Assembly (NCBI RefSeq): GCF_006345805.1
Contig: NW_021832120.1
Location: forward strand, 314,694-378,693
Source of the DNA: Octopus sinensis
Lineage: Eukaryota
DNA length: 64,000 nucleotides
Direction of reading: 5' to 3'
Shown here: positions 1-12,725 of the stretch, piece after piece
How positions within the stretch are numbered: the stretch's first letter is position 1
How the letters are laid out: the number at the start of each line of letters is the position of its first letter
Made by a program: the position numbers and the translations under genes
The notes under the pieces: generated by a model
The model's input: only the letters and a program-made list of their open reading frames with translations
Database searches by the model: none
What the model was told of the DNA's origin: nothing

Positions 1-458
1 CTCCCAATAATACAATACGCGTCATCTAGGATTCCGCAAATCTTATTAGCTAATCTGGTTAAAGCAGATTTCACTATTGAAAATTCTAAAAAAGAATCCT
101 ACAAAACAAGAATCTATTAATTAAATTACTAAATTACCCAGGAATAATTTTTATTTCGTGTCAATAGCGTCTTAAGTCGATAAGATCTACAATTTATCGT
201 TATCTTAGGTAAGAAGTAAAAATAGACGTTATTAATGTTTTAGTCGCAAGGAATCGTTTTAACTAGAATTAATAAAATTGGTAATTTAAATCGAGGTCTG
301 TCTCAATCTGGGATCAAATTGTATCATTCTGGGATCGGTGCTAATTTGTGATGGCGTTGTGTCGAAAAATTTTTCATAATAACATTTTTTAGAGACATTA
401 ATCTAAATAGGACGTGATAAGAAGATTGTGTATTTAATTTATACTTTACTTTCGTTTA

Positions 459-2748
459 ATGTGTCAAATGACAGAGGAGGACGTGCGCGTTTCATTCCAC
501 GTATCAAAAATCGTTGATAACCTAAATAATGTGGGAAGACTAAAAAGATCTCCGAATGCATTTCATTCACTTATTGTTTCTAATATAAAAATGATTTACG
601 CTCCTTTGAGAATTAAAAAAATTGTAAAGTTAAGTTGTGGATATTATAGTTCTAGAAATCAGCTCATGCTTAAATTTTTCGCTGACGAGGACCGAAGTAA
701 GACTCTTTCTGTCATAATCGTATGTTTTAATTAAAAATAAATTATCACAAGAAAGAAGAAATCAAAATAAAAACAAAATTCAGAATAGACTTCTCGTGGG
801 ATAAACAACTTAGGGAAATATCAAGTAACTTATTCGTTTCACTATTTTCAGTCCGATTTGGATCTGGTATTTGGTCATATTTTGATTTACTTCGAGGATT
901 AATATTTTTGAATTTATTTTCTGGCTTTATTAATCTCATGTTTGTATATATTCCTAACTATTTAATTTATAATGACGACGACCCTTATTTATTTGATTTT
1001 CAAAATCCAACAAAACAATTCGCAACTGCCAAAAACTGCAGTTTAAAATACCGTTTCAAAAATACTCAAGTCAGTCTGATGTGGTCAACTTTAGACATTT
1101 TTCGGTCAATTTTCATATGGATCGTACAAATCAATATATTACAAAAACGGAATGAACTACGACATATCGATAGCATATTTGATATCATTCATCATTTGTT
1201 ATTTCATTACACTAGTGTATCTTATTTACAGGCTAGACTGTGATTCATAACATTTTCAGGTCGAATCTAAATCATAAACATTCCAATATGATCAAATGGG
1301 AAGAAATGTCCCGAAATATATTTTCAGAATACATTTACTGCATTGATTTATCAAATACTGGCTTTAACATGCTGGGACGAACACAATTTGAACTAATTAA
1401 CAAAATTAGAGTTAATTACTAATTGCTTATTTCAGATGCGGCTTGGTAAAATCGAAAAACTTCAAATACAACACAAAAAAACATTGAAAAAAAACGTATT
1501 AATTCACTTGAAGAGATTTTTAATTAATATGTCGATATTTACTATGTTAATAGCATGTGGATATGGAATATACGGAACAATAGAATTATCATCGCGGGTT
1601 TACTCTGCTATTTACAAGTTTAAAGGATAAATATACGCAGAATACATCACATATTAATACTTTTGTTCAATATTCACCTTCTATTCTGATTGCAATGCTC
1701 AATATAATTATTCCTAAATTGATGGAAACGATATCTACCTTTGAAGAATACAGTGCTAAGACTCAAGTCACTCTCACACTGGTCAGGTAAAAAACTTGTC
1801 ATTATTGTAGGTCGATTCTTGTCAAATTGTCGTCTCTAATTCTGGTTGTATATTCACTGTTCATGCTGATCAGATGTGAGCCAAAAAATACATGTTACGT
1901 GAGTATGGGCAAGTGTCATTCAATACCGGTGACAGAAAATGTCAACATTTTTAGTGTTGGGAATCATATTGTGCAGACCAATTTTATAGATTGGCAATCA
2001 CTAGTTTTGCGATGGGAATTTTTGCCGATTTTTGTGTAAATTTTGTCATTAAGTTGTATTCTTATTTTATCCTATAGAACGGTCAGTCATCGTAAATATA
2101 TCAATAAATTGATAAAAGCTCCTAATTTTTCTTTATTTACTTGTGTCCTGGACTTGGTTTACTTACAATCTATTACTTGGTTATTACTTAAGCTGTATTT
2201 TAGGCTGGCTGCTATATTTTCTCCTCTTTTTCCATTACTGATTGGAGTGGGATTTATTATTCTGTTTTATTTAAAATTGGTTTGAAAGTTTTATTTGATT
2301 TAGTTTGGACTATACAAATTCTTATCGATCCAAGAAAAATCCTACACATTCATTCGTACCATCGACTTGTTTTATAAATTGCTATTGTCACAATTCACTA
2401 TTGTGTCTCTACTAGTGTGGTATATTATATTTGAGTAATATTTTTGTTTTTTACTATAGACAGCCAGTTTCTAAATCATGTGGACCCTTTAGACAATATA
2501 CGACGATGCTGGGCACTTTAAAAAAGTCGTTTGACTCAACAAAAATAACACAAATTATCACATCAAAAACATCTGTACTGTTCATAATAATAATTCTTAT
2601 GTATAAATATTGTGTTTTTGTTATTTTTAGAATTATTATCAGTCAACAGAAAAGTAAATTGAAACATGTCACCAAAATTCTAAACAAAGCAAAAAAATCT
2701 CTTAACGCAGAAAGAAACAAAACTGATATAATTAACTCTCCTTTCTGA
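459..2748 (+). CDS. TMC: Transmembrane channel-like (TMC) protein, 14 exons, 648 aa, apparently intact
   Basis: Manual splicing of 13 introns (720-751, 825-851, 1070-1094, 1232-1259 GC-AG, 1411-1435, 1598-1625, 1787-1810, 1929-1954, 2053-2077, 2180-2203, 2280-2303, 2435-2459, 2601-2630) gives one stop-free 1947-nt frame. TMC motifs: RFGSGIWSYFDLLRGLIFLN, FEEY, CWESYCADQFYRL, FSPLFP, SKSCGPF. Subfamily not resolved. Confidence 0.85.
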
Positions 2749-2829
2749 ACTTTTCTTTTCCTGCTAAATAATATATCTCATTAACATTAACAAAATTATC
2801 TTTATATTTTAAAAAATTTAAGGTTGATT

Positions 2830-3260
2830 TTTAAGTTAAAAAATTTTCGCCCTACTCACATACGGACACCGTATAGAACAGATCTTTAAATTGGATGTTG
2901 AGCTTCCGCGTTTAATCACCTACACTACAATAAACAGAAACTACAAAGAAGAATAACTAATCATCTTCCTACCTCAAATTAATTAAAAATATATGTCGTT
3001 AGTTGTTTCACCATTCTCATCTTCGATCAAGTACATGTTATTTTGTTGGTCTGCCACAACATATTTGTCTTTTCCTTTCTATCATTCTAACTCCAGCAAT
3101 AAAAAGTTTTGAATACACTTCTTCACATGAATCTTCGATTGCACTATGCACATTTAAATAATAATTGTTCCATTTCAGCTCCGTTATTGGATTCTGATTT
3201 TGAGCATCCATGAACAAGTAGAACGGAATTTTTCCGATTGTAGAATGTATTTTTATTGTA
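2830..3260 (-). mobile_element. Degenerate retroviral-type integrase C-terminal remnant (Ginger/gypsy-like)
   Basis: HSTIGKIPFYLF resembles the integrase H-S-T-G-x-T-P-F motif; downstream VGD...RKLNIQFKD resembles the GPY/F region; stops present. Confidence 0.4.
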
Positions 3261-3345
3261 ATCATAAACAAAGTTTTTATTGTGATCATAAAAAATCATA
3301 AAAAAGGTAAAGAAAGTCAAAAATATTCAATAACTAAATAATAAA

Positions 3346-3900
<555 letters not shown>

Positions 3901-4291
3901 AAATTGTACCGTACTACGCACATTTATAGACTTCATCAATTAAAGAATTATTTCTGTTTGGAAGATGATTAGTGGTCAGATGTAATAAAGAATAATTGGT
4001 GGTGGTTGTTTTCTGTTGGGATTGTCGTCTAATGTGTTTTCTTTTTGATTTTCTGTGATTTTTTTGATTTTTTAAAGAACTTTGCTAAGCTTCACAATAC
4101 GCATAAGTTTCTCAGTTTTTAATATTTAAACAGTATAATCTTTCTCTAAAATATTTAACTAATTGTTAATATTGATGTACAAAATAACTATTTATATATT
4201 TCGTTGAATATATCGAAAGTTTGTGTTTTTATACAATCAAATTCCTCACTCATCCACAGGTAAATTTTTGCTTTTATTTTTCCGTAGGTGT

Positions 4292-5666
4292 TAGTCCGTT
4301 TCACAGATACCCCGAATTGGGGCAGACCCCAGGGGTGGGGCACCCCCGCATTTTGGGGCACTTTTTTTTGGCCAACATTTTGGCAGAGTAAAATGGAAGA
4401 TCGATAAAAAATACGGAAATTTTGGGGCACTATAAAATTGTAGGGAATGAAGTAAATAAAATTATATTTTATTAATAAATACATAATTTAAATTTACACG
4501 TTTACTTACATTTTTTTGTTGTCAGTGGTTATAAACTACGAAACAAACAAAATTAAAGATTGCTAAATTGATATCGAAGAAAAAATTATCTGAAAGACAG
4601 ATAATTCAAAAATATAAAACTAGCAAAGGCATGATTTCACGAATAAAAAAAACAATTGTGCTTTTTCTTGAACAAGGAACTGTAAACACGGATGAAGATC
4701 CTATGCCTTATTGTGAGAAATCGAAATTTGATGATCAAGTTTTTGAAATATTTCAGAAACTACGGGAAGATAAAGTTCCAATATCAGGTCCTTTTATAAA
4801 GAAAATCGCCTTATATACGGCTTCAAAGATTGGATTTGATTTTTTCAAAGCTTCAAACGGCTGGCTTGACAGATTCAAAAAGCGTCATGAACTGAGATTC
4901 AAATCAATTTGTGGAGAGAAAAATTCATCTGACTTAATCAATGAGTTTTTTAAAATCCTTGACGAGAAAATTGCGGAATATGGAAGAGGAAATGTTTTTA
5001 ATTGTGATGAAACAGCGCTTTATATAAAAAGGACACCGAGAAAGTCGTTTGTCGGAATAAATGACGATACTTTTGGCTTTAAACAGGGAAAAGAAAGAGT
5101 CACCGTACTTCTTTGTTGCAATTCTATGGGAGAAAAACTTGAGCCATTGATTGTTGGAAAATTTAAAAACCCTCGATGTCTCAAAAATTCTGCTAATTTC
5201 TAAAAGCTGGGAAAAACTTGATCCGAGTTTAATATTTAATTGTTGGAATCAAATTGAAAAGATTCGTGATTCCGTAAGAATTGAAGATAGGATTACAGAA
5301 GAATTAATCAACAATGCCGTAAACGAAACATTGGATGGGGAAAATGACGAATTCGTCGATGATATTTATAACGAAGGTTTAGAAAACGATAACATGGAAA
5401 CAAGTCTAAGAGAAACGCAAGATTCTCTTGATCAGTTAGAAAAGAACATTTTTCACATATCTCCTGAAATGCTCAAAGAATTTTACGATTTTTGACTTAA
5501 TTTTATGAAAAATGTAAGAAGTAAGAGGAAAACTGGGGATAAATTAACTGATTATTTTTCTAAAATTGATTTTTGATGTTTAAAAATCTCTGTTTTATTA
5601 AACCCCTGTTTTTGTGGCACCCCCGCTTTTTGGGGCACTTGGTTCCCCAATTCGGGGATCGGACTG
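4292..5666 (+). mobile_element. pogo/Tigger (Tc1-mariner) element, internally deleted
   Basis: ORF 4568-5203 has a CENP-B-like HTH (FKASNGWLDRFKKRH) and DDE_1 start (FNCDET); TIR core CCCCGAATTGGGG at both ends; right end followed by TA; left TIR degenerate. Confidence 0.85.
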
Positions 5667-5859
5667 TAATTAGAATCTATCAGAAAATTTTTTAAAAAAT
5701 TATCGACTTGTACATAATTATTTTTTAAAAAATAGATTCTAGATCAGAAAATTGTTGTTAACATGAATATTTAAGTCAAAAAAACGAAATTTGATTCACA
5801 GCCAAAGCTTGAATGGTTTGATAATTCCAAGATAAACCGAGGTTAGAAACATCCTATGC

Positions 5860-6620
5860 CGTAATTTTAATTTTTATCTAAAACAAATAGATCCCAATGA
5901 TTATGAAATTACAAACAGAATAAAATAAACGTTCTCAATGCTTGAATATCATCTAGGACACAATCCACCTGATAATTTTCTTCAAAGTCTGATAATCAAA
6001 CACCTGGAAAATTTCAAGAAAAAAATTGATGATTACTTTCCTGATAAAGATCCAATTATAAACTGGATCTTTCAACCTTTCTTGACTTCATTTAAAGAAT
6101 ATCAGGAACTCAATTATCAGCTTAACTTGATTGTCTGCTCAAATTATTTTCAAATGTACTTTATTATTGGATTTTTTGTATTCTCATTAATAATTACTTC
6201 TACATAAATATTACTTCTTATTTTTTAATCTCAGTTGCGAAAGAATTCCCCATTTTGAGTAAAATTGCATTGGAATCAAAACTTGTATTCACAACTACTT
6301 ATCACTGTGAAATGGCGATTTCATGGCTGACTTTTCTAAAACAAAAAATAGAAATAGACTACACAAAAATAGAGCTTGACATAAGTAAAATTATTCTGAT
6401 AATTTTCATGTTTTTTTGTAATTAAGTTTTAATAAAAAAATCTAGCTATTAATATTCATGTTATTTTAAATAATAAATAATCAAAAATTTATAAACCTTC
6501 CCCTGACGAAGCCAAAAATTGTGCGCTAATAGCAAAAAAAATTATTTTATTTAAGGTGGTCCCAACAAAATTTTATAGTACAAAAGTGGTCCCCAGTCTA
6601 AAAAAAGTTGAGAACCGCTG
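5860..6620 (+). mobile_element. hAT (Buster/Charlie-like) 3' remnant
   Basis: HLENFKKKIDDYFP...WIFQPF and KEFPILSKIA...TTYHCE; ends in GTTGAGAACCGCTG terminal repeat at 6620. Confidence 0.7.
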
Positions 6621-7479
6621 CTTTAAATGTTAACCAAACGGGACGGTTTCATTTCCTATTCGAAAAGACTGGATCACAATGAAGACAAAGTGGTTTATTA
6701 GGATCTTGAAGATTTTAATAAATTCAAGAGTAAAATGTTCATCTTTATACATTCTGACTTTTTTGAACACGACCCATAAAGATAACTAGAAATCACGCTT
6801 AGAAATTTAAATAAATTAAAAATTATCGATTTGTAACATAAGATTTTAATTTTTCAAATATTAGCAATCAATCATCGCCCACCGTTGAGAACTACTGATC
6901 TAGAAGATATGGAAAAAAATGTAATCAAAAATGTTATCAAAAATGTTAATATCTCGAGACTTGCTAAAATTTTAAAATAAATAGTTGAGTACTTTTGTAT
7001 GTTGTTTACGGGGTTTTGGAATTAATTTTAAATAAAGCTGTTATTTAGAGTTGCTCTTAACACAAGAAATTGTAATAAAAATGTATTAAAGATTGTATTA
7101 ATCATAAAATCACAATAAAATACACTGGGGCCGTATAGGGAACAGTATCAAATTAACTTTTAACAATTAGGGTTTGGTTAAAGTCTTTCGAAATCGAGTT
7201 AGGATATTCATATTTCAAAACTTAAAAATTTTTTACACATAAAATTGATTTTTTAAAGAAAAATGCTTATTTTAAAATGGAAGACCTCTAAATATAATAA
7301 AAAAATGATAATTAGTAAATAATTTTTTAAAACGATGTTAGGTTTGTTTTTTTGTCAATCTTAGTTTTCCGGAAGTCATTAAAACTAAATAGATTTAAAA
7401 TTGGACTTAGAAAAAAGTAAGATACTTTTTATATAAACGTAATTGATATTAATGAGATTTTGATGTGGTCCATTAATAT

Positions 7480-8260
7480 CACAGTCCATTAAAGAGCCGG
7501 TGACTATTCCGTTTAGTAGATCTACTTTTACGAGAAGTATCGATAATATGGCACAAGATATCGATTCTCAATTAATACATTTGTTAAGAAATGCAAACTT
7601 TTCATTACATATAGACAAAACTAAATTACCAAATAACGATTCTTTTTTATGGGATATGTAAGGTTTAGGAACAGCAAAGAAATTATTGGAGAAATGCTCT
7701 TTTCAAGGAAGATTACAAGCTATATGAAAGGTGTGTCACTGCATAATGAAATTAAAGTATACTTTTGTTAGAATAGCCTTTCTTTTGCAAACATAATTGA
7801 ATGTACCACTGACGGCGCTGCTTCTACATGATTGGTAAATACAGAAGAAGCTTAAGGTATTTAAAATCTATTTTTGCAATTCACTGTGTCATTCACCGGG
7901 ATATTTTAATTGTCGAAAATTACAGGGCTTCTTGTTGTTGTCTTGTATAAAAGTTTACTGGAAAACATATTAGTGCAATAGCCGATAAATTTTACGAGTT
8001 TATATATTATCTCAAGGAAATTTAACCGATTTTAAAACACGATTATCTTCAATTTAGAATAAATTTTGATTTGATTTGATCCCCATATAGATTATTGATC
8101 AATTCATTATTAAACCTTTGCAATATGAATTAAAGCTTTTGAAAAGCATTAAAGAAATTTTGGGATATGCAGTGATTTATCGAACAAATTCCCCAATCTG
8201 TGCACTAGAAGACTTTTTTATTGTTTATAAATCAAATTATTTGGTTAAATGTGGCTTTAG
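7480..8260 (+). mobile_element. hAT (Buster/SCAND3-like) transposase remnant
   Basis: IPFSRSTFTRSIDNMAQDIDSQL...FSLHIDKT, TTDGAAS, IHCVIHR motifs broken by frameshifts; another Buster-type end lies at 6884-6897. Confidence 0.7.
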
Positions 8261-8306
8261 CATAGTATAGTTGATCTCCTGCCACAATAGAAATTCGCCC
8301 CAGATA

Positions 8307-9600
8307 CAGGTGGTGCCCCTAATACAGAGGATATGATAATTGATACCCCCTTTCAACTTGTTCGTTAATTTCTTTAAATAAAGTAGCATTTAAAAGTCAA
8401 AAAATCTATTTTATTTATCAATTAAAAAGTAATCGCTAATTTTCCCTCCAATATTACATATTTTCCTTAAATTCTTGCAGACGTTCATTTTAAAAACATA
8501 ATATTAAGTGCTTCGGGACATATACATTGAATAATGAATTTTCTAAAATATTCATTATATTTTGATGTTATGATTCACAATTTCAGTTTCACACGTATAA
8601 TATAATTGAGAGTCATTTTCAGTTTCATCAAATTCTATTTGCATTAAATCTGAAATATGAGTATCTAAAAGTTCAGATTGAATATTTTGATTAATTTCGA
8701 AATCATTGGTAATTTGTCGCATATTTATCTTTAAAAATGTCTCATAATAATTCTCATAAATATCGCCAATACAAATTATTTCATTTGAATAAGATAATTT
8801 AAAAGAATCGATGATCCCCATACCAAGGGGTTGAAGAATGGCATTTTTTGGAAATTTGAGAAAATAAGATTTGAATAATTTAGACATCTATGACACGTAG
8901 CATTATCATCATTAATTTTTTGTAACCAATTGTTGAAAATATTAATATTCAGACGCATCGTATATAATCTATATGTATAATTTAAAATCATTACTTTATA
9001 ATCCTCAGTTCTTATATTTTTAAGGCATCTGGGTGATTTGTACTTTCCAATAACCAAATGTTTTAAATTTTCACTTTAATGGAACAGCATAAAAGGATTT
9101 TTATTTTTTCTTTACAAATTTTTCTACCAAAGAAATTTTCATCTTTTTGATAAATGATTTATTCGGTTCTTTTTTAATGAAAAGGCAGGTTTTGTCACAA
9201 TTAAAAATGTCTTCCATGTTGAACTTTGTAAAATTTTTTAATTAAATTTTTGTCGGAGGAAATTTTTCACCAGAAATTGCTCTAAAAGATAGTTCATGAC
9301 GTTTTTTAAAGCGGTCTAGCCATCCATTAGAGCCTTTAAAGCTGCTAAAATTTATCGAGTCGCGATATTTCTGGCAATCTTTGTAATTAAACATCCGGAA
9401 GTTGAAATTCAAGTTTCGATGATAGATCTGATTCATAATTTTTGTATTTGAATCAAATCCTTGTTTAGTTTCCATTTTTATTCTAGATACTGTTCCCTTC
9501 CCAACTTTAAACATCTTGGATATTTCCCTTTCATATATGGAGTTTGCCAACGCCTCAAAAATTTTTTCCTTAAAGCACGAGAAAGTTTTTTGGCATAACC
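8307..9600 (-). mobile_element. pogo/Tigger element, degenerate
   Basis: SSFKGSNGWLDRFKKRHEL, VIGKYKSPRCLKN, LQPLGMGIIDSFK across ORFs 9242-9550, 8776-9057, 8555-8887; TA-CAGGTGG end at 8305-8313. Confidence 0.8.
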
Positions 9601-9869
9601 ACAGACTATAATTTAAAATAAAATGTTACAGTCCAGGGCTGCGAGGTCAATGCTTAAAATGCAACAAACATATTTTTTTAGAAAACTTTTCATTGGAAAT
9701 AAAACAAAAAAACATATCATTTCAAATAATAATGACTTAATGATGACAAATTATTATATATTTTCTTAAAATATAATATTTTTATTTTGCTAAAATATAA
9801 TCAATCGCACGCGAAAAAAATGAGTTACTTGAGACTGTCTGCGAGCGAAATGCAAATAATTAAAAATTT

Positions 9870-10135
9870 TAAAATGAATGATTATTATTGTCCTGAAATT
9901 CCAAAAAGACAAAAGTATAGACTAAAAATTGTCTGAATCGTTTGAATTTGATGATGAAAAACAATTTTACTTGAAAAGTGGATTTAGGATGCGATTTTTT
10001 ACTTCTGATCAAGCAGAATTAAAAATTTTAAGTACTTCGTTATTTATGGACTGGGTGAGAATTTTACAATACATGGAGAAGATGGAAATATTATAGAGAA
10101 TGTGCATTTTTCAAGATTAAAAAAACTAAAAACTT
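9870..10135 (+). mobile_element. Internally deleted Ginger-like integrase remnant (N- plus C-terminal pieces)
   Basis: SESFEFDDEKQFYLKSGFRMRFFTSDQAELK aligns by eye to ORF 10606-10881; followed by HGEDGNIIENVHFSRLKK similar to the integrase C-terminus at ~18500. Confidence 0.45.
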
Positions 10136-10211
10136 GATTTAAAAAAAAATAAAACCTTGATTTAAAAAAAAACTTTAAAAGCTCGTTTTTAAATGTTAGA
10201 ATGTTAATCTC

Positions 10212-10342
10212 CGGGTTTCAGTTTAGGGTTTGGTGTCTGTTTATGGTTAGGTTAGGGTTAGGTTAGAGTTTGGAATTGGTGACTTTTTAGGGTTAGGGGT
10301 TGGTGTTTGTTTAGGGTTAGGGATTGGTGTTTTTTAGGGTTT
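10212..10342 (+). repeat. Degenerate interstitial TTAGGG/TTAGG telomere-like array
   Basis: About seven TTAGGG plus several TTAGG/TTAGAG units, interspersed with a TTGGTGT-like spacer. Confidence 0.8.
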
Positions 10343-10605
10343 TCAGTAGACCTACAGTTTATGTATAATAAATCCATTAAATAAGCATATTTTAAAACAA
10401 CTTTTTTTATAGTTGGTTAACTTATTATTCTAAATAAAATCTTGTTAACTAACGTGTCAGAACATTTGATGTGTGTCTTTGTTGTTTTTTAATTTCACCA
10501 TAATTATTTTCAATATTTTTTGTAATATTGAAAATAACTGAATAAATTGAATAACTTCGGACTTAGAAAAAAAAATATGTTGTTTTTTTAGCGAAAAATT
10601 GTAAA

Positions 10606-11260
10606 ATGAGAAATGCGGTCCGGCAAATGGACGCTGACATTAATTATAAAAAAATGGTTCTAGTAAAATTAACACTTGAAACAATTCAAAAAATTAAGAA
10701 TTTCAGTGAATCCGGACTACTAGATGAATGCATCGACTGGAGGGAAAGGGCAAAAATCAAGCGATATGCCGAAAGTTTCACTTTCAAGAATTCCGCAGCC
10801 TACATTGCTAAAAATGGTCGAGAGTTGCGATTCTTTTGTATCGAGGAAGCTGAATTAAAGCTCAAATACATTGAAGTTTGATATTTCCTGATTTAAATTA
10901 GGCTCAACACAATTTAAACCACTTTGGACGAGATAAATTATATAGTTTATTGTCACTGACGATTTAATCCAGATAGATTTAATCAGTCAATAAAACGATG
11001 GATCTCATCCTCTAGTGAATCGAGAGGAAATTTTGGATGCTAAAAGACGTTGTTCGTGATTACAACAATTCTACTCACGATACAACAAAGCAGAGACCCT
11101 TCGAAATATTTTTCAATGTGGATCTTTCCAAAAAATACGAAAAAGGAAATTGGAAGCACTATTAGATTTGATGTCAAAATGAAGACGCGGAAATCCATTG
11201 GCACCTCGTGCTATTAAAGAAGTCAGCTTTTTTGATATGCACACTGGAGGACCCTCTTAT
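10606..11260 (+). mobile_element. Ginger-like integrase N-terminal remnant with a 26-nt intron
   Basis: Removing GT-AG 10876-10901 joins KYIE to AQHNLNHFGRDKLY (zinc-finger H-x3-H-x-GRDK start); downstream sequence decayed. Confidence 0.55.
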
Positions 11261-11304
11261 TATGGTTTTTGCTTATAATTTATTAGTGGCATCCATTACA
11301 ATCA

Positions 11305-11764
11305 ATGGAATCCAATTTGAAGGTAGCAAACGCCCAGACGGGTTGTCCACCTTCCCATACTAACAGGGGAAATCCCTTATTTGGGATTCTACCTGTTCGG
11401 ACACGTTCTCGCTTGGAAATCTCGCTCTGTCCGGCGCCAATCCTGGGCATGCTTCGAGGCAGGCCGAAGACCGAAAGATTCTCAAGTACGGCCACCTTTC
11501 CAACTCGCTGTTCTTTACTTCAATTGCCGTGGAGTCCTCCGGGATTTTCGGCCCCAAGACACTCCGCTTACTTCGCTCGCTCGGCCGACGGATTTCAAGG
11601 ACTAGCCACGATCCAAGAAAGTATTCTTGGCTCCTGGAACGTCTGTCGATTGCTGTGATCCGAGGGAACGGCTTCGCCATTCGCGAGGCTGGCCGGGTGT
11701 CTCGTAAGGCCTTTAATTAGCTTAGCTATCTTTTCACTTCCTTATTGTTTTGATGTAAAAAAAA
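11305..11764 (+). mobile_element. CRE-like non-LTR retrotransposon, 3' end (restriction-like endonuclease)
   Basis: GSKRPDG...KSLIWDSTCSDT, SIAVESSGIFG, LLERLSIAVIRGN; A-run at ~11757-11764. Confidence 0.8.
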
Positions 11765-11910
11765 TTTGTCCTTAACATTTGAAGGTTGTCGCAGTTAACC
11801 TGTGCAAGTGAATGTGCCCAAATCTTAGAAATAAATGTGCATAGATATTTGAAACACCCCACTTGATAGAGAAACAAACTCTGGAAAAAAATGAATAAAT
11901 AAGGATGGAC

Positions 11911-12057
11911 ACAAAATAATGACGAATAAGTTCAGAATATGTAAGAAGAACAGATTATAGAAATCAATTCAAAAAATGTTACAAAATAATGACAAATAAG
12001 TTCAGAATATGTAAGAAGGACAGATTATAGGAATCAATTCAAAAAATGTTACAAAAT
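11911..12057. repeat. 70-bp tandem duplication (about 2.1 copies)
   Basis: ACAAAATAATGAC...AAAAAATGTT starts at 11911 and 11981 with three mismatches; third partial copy at 12051. Confidence 0.9.
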
Positions 12058-12289
12058 GATGATATTTCGGATAATTTGATCATTAAACGAAACTACATCG
12101 CGAATTATTCCTTCTGAATCCAATTACATGCAAAAATAATAACGACGATATTGTAAAAAAAGCACAACATAAAAATAATCCGTGTACTTCCACGTGGCAC
12201 AATTTATTAGGTTTGCCATGAATAATTAAGATAATTAAACAATAATTAATAAAAAATAAGCTTTATTTTAATTAAAACTATTTTATATT

Positions 12290-12346
12290 TTAAGGACTCG
12301 CGGGCCGCACCTATACATGCAAAGAGCCGCATGTTTGACTCCCCTG
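12290..12346. mobile_element. Solo hAT terminus
   Basis: GCGGGCCGCA...CATGTTTGACTCCCCTG matches the CAGGGGTGTCAAAC family ends at 25227 and 57851. Confidence 0.65.
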
Positions 12347-12725
12347 CCTTAGACGATTTAAATCTTTTATTCATTATGCCGTAAATTTAAGTTTTTTTTT
12401 GCTATTAGAGAGTGATTTTTGTATTTTTGGACAATCTTGTGTATGCTTCGGTGATTGATCACAATACTTTCTATCGGCTCAGGCGATTCTTTTGCAAGAA
12501 GTTATGCCACAACTACATTTTGACCATATAGTAACTAATAGTTACCCAGGGTATCATCAAGCAAAAGAACAAATGGCACATCATGTTATTAAAGAAGCCA
12601 GGTTTATTAAATTATATAATAAACAAAATTAGTCACTGGAGGAATGAGGTAGTCTTATGTAAAATAAATTTATAATAAAATAAATTGAATAAAAACGTTC
12701 TTCAACAATGAAATGACTAATTTTA

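Noticed and set aside
10212-10342. True chromosome end
   Set aside because: Short, degenerate and flanked by ordinary sequence on both sides.
11911-12057. CRISPR-like array
   Set aside because: Plain 70-bp tandem duplication without spacers; no cas genes; eukaryotic DNA.
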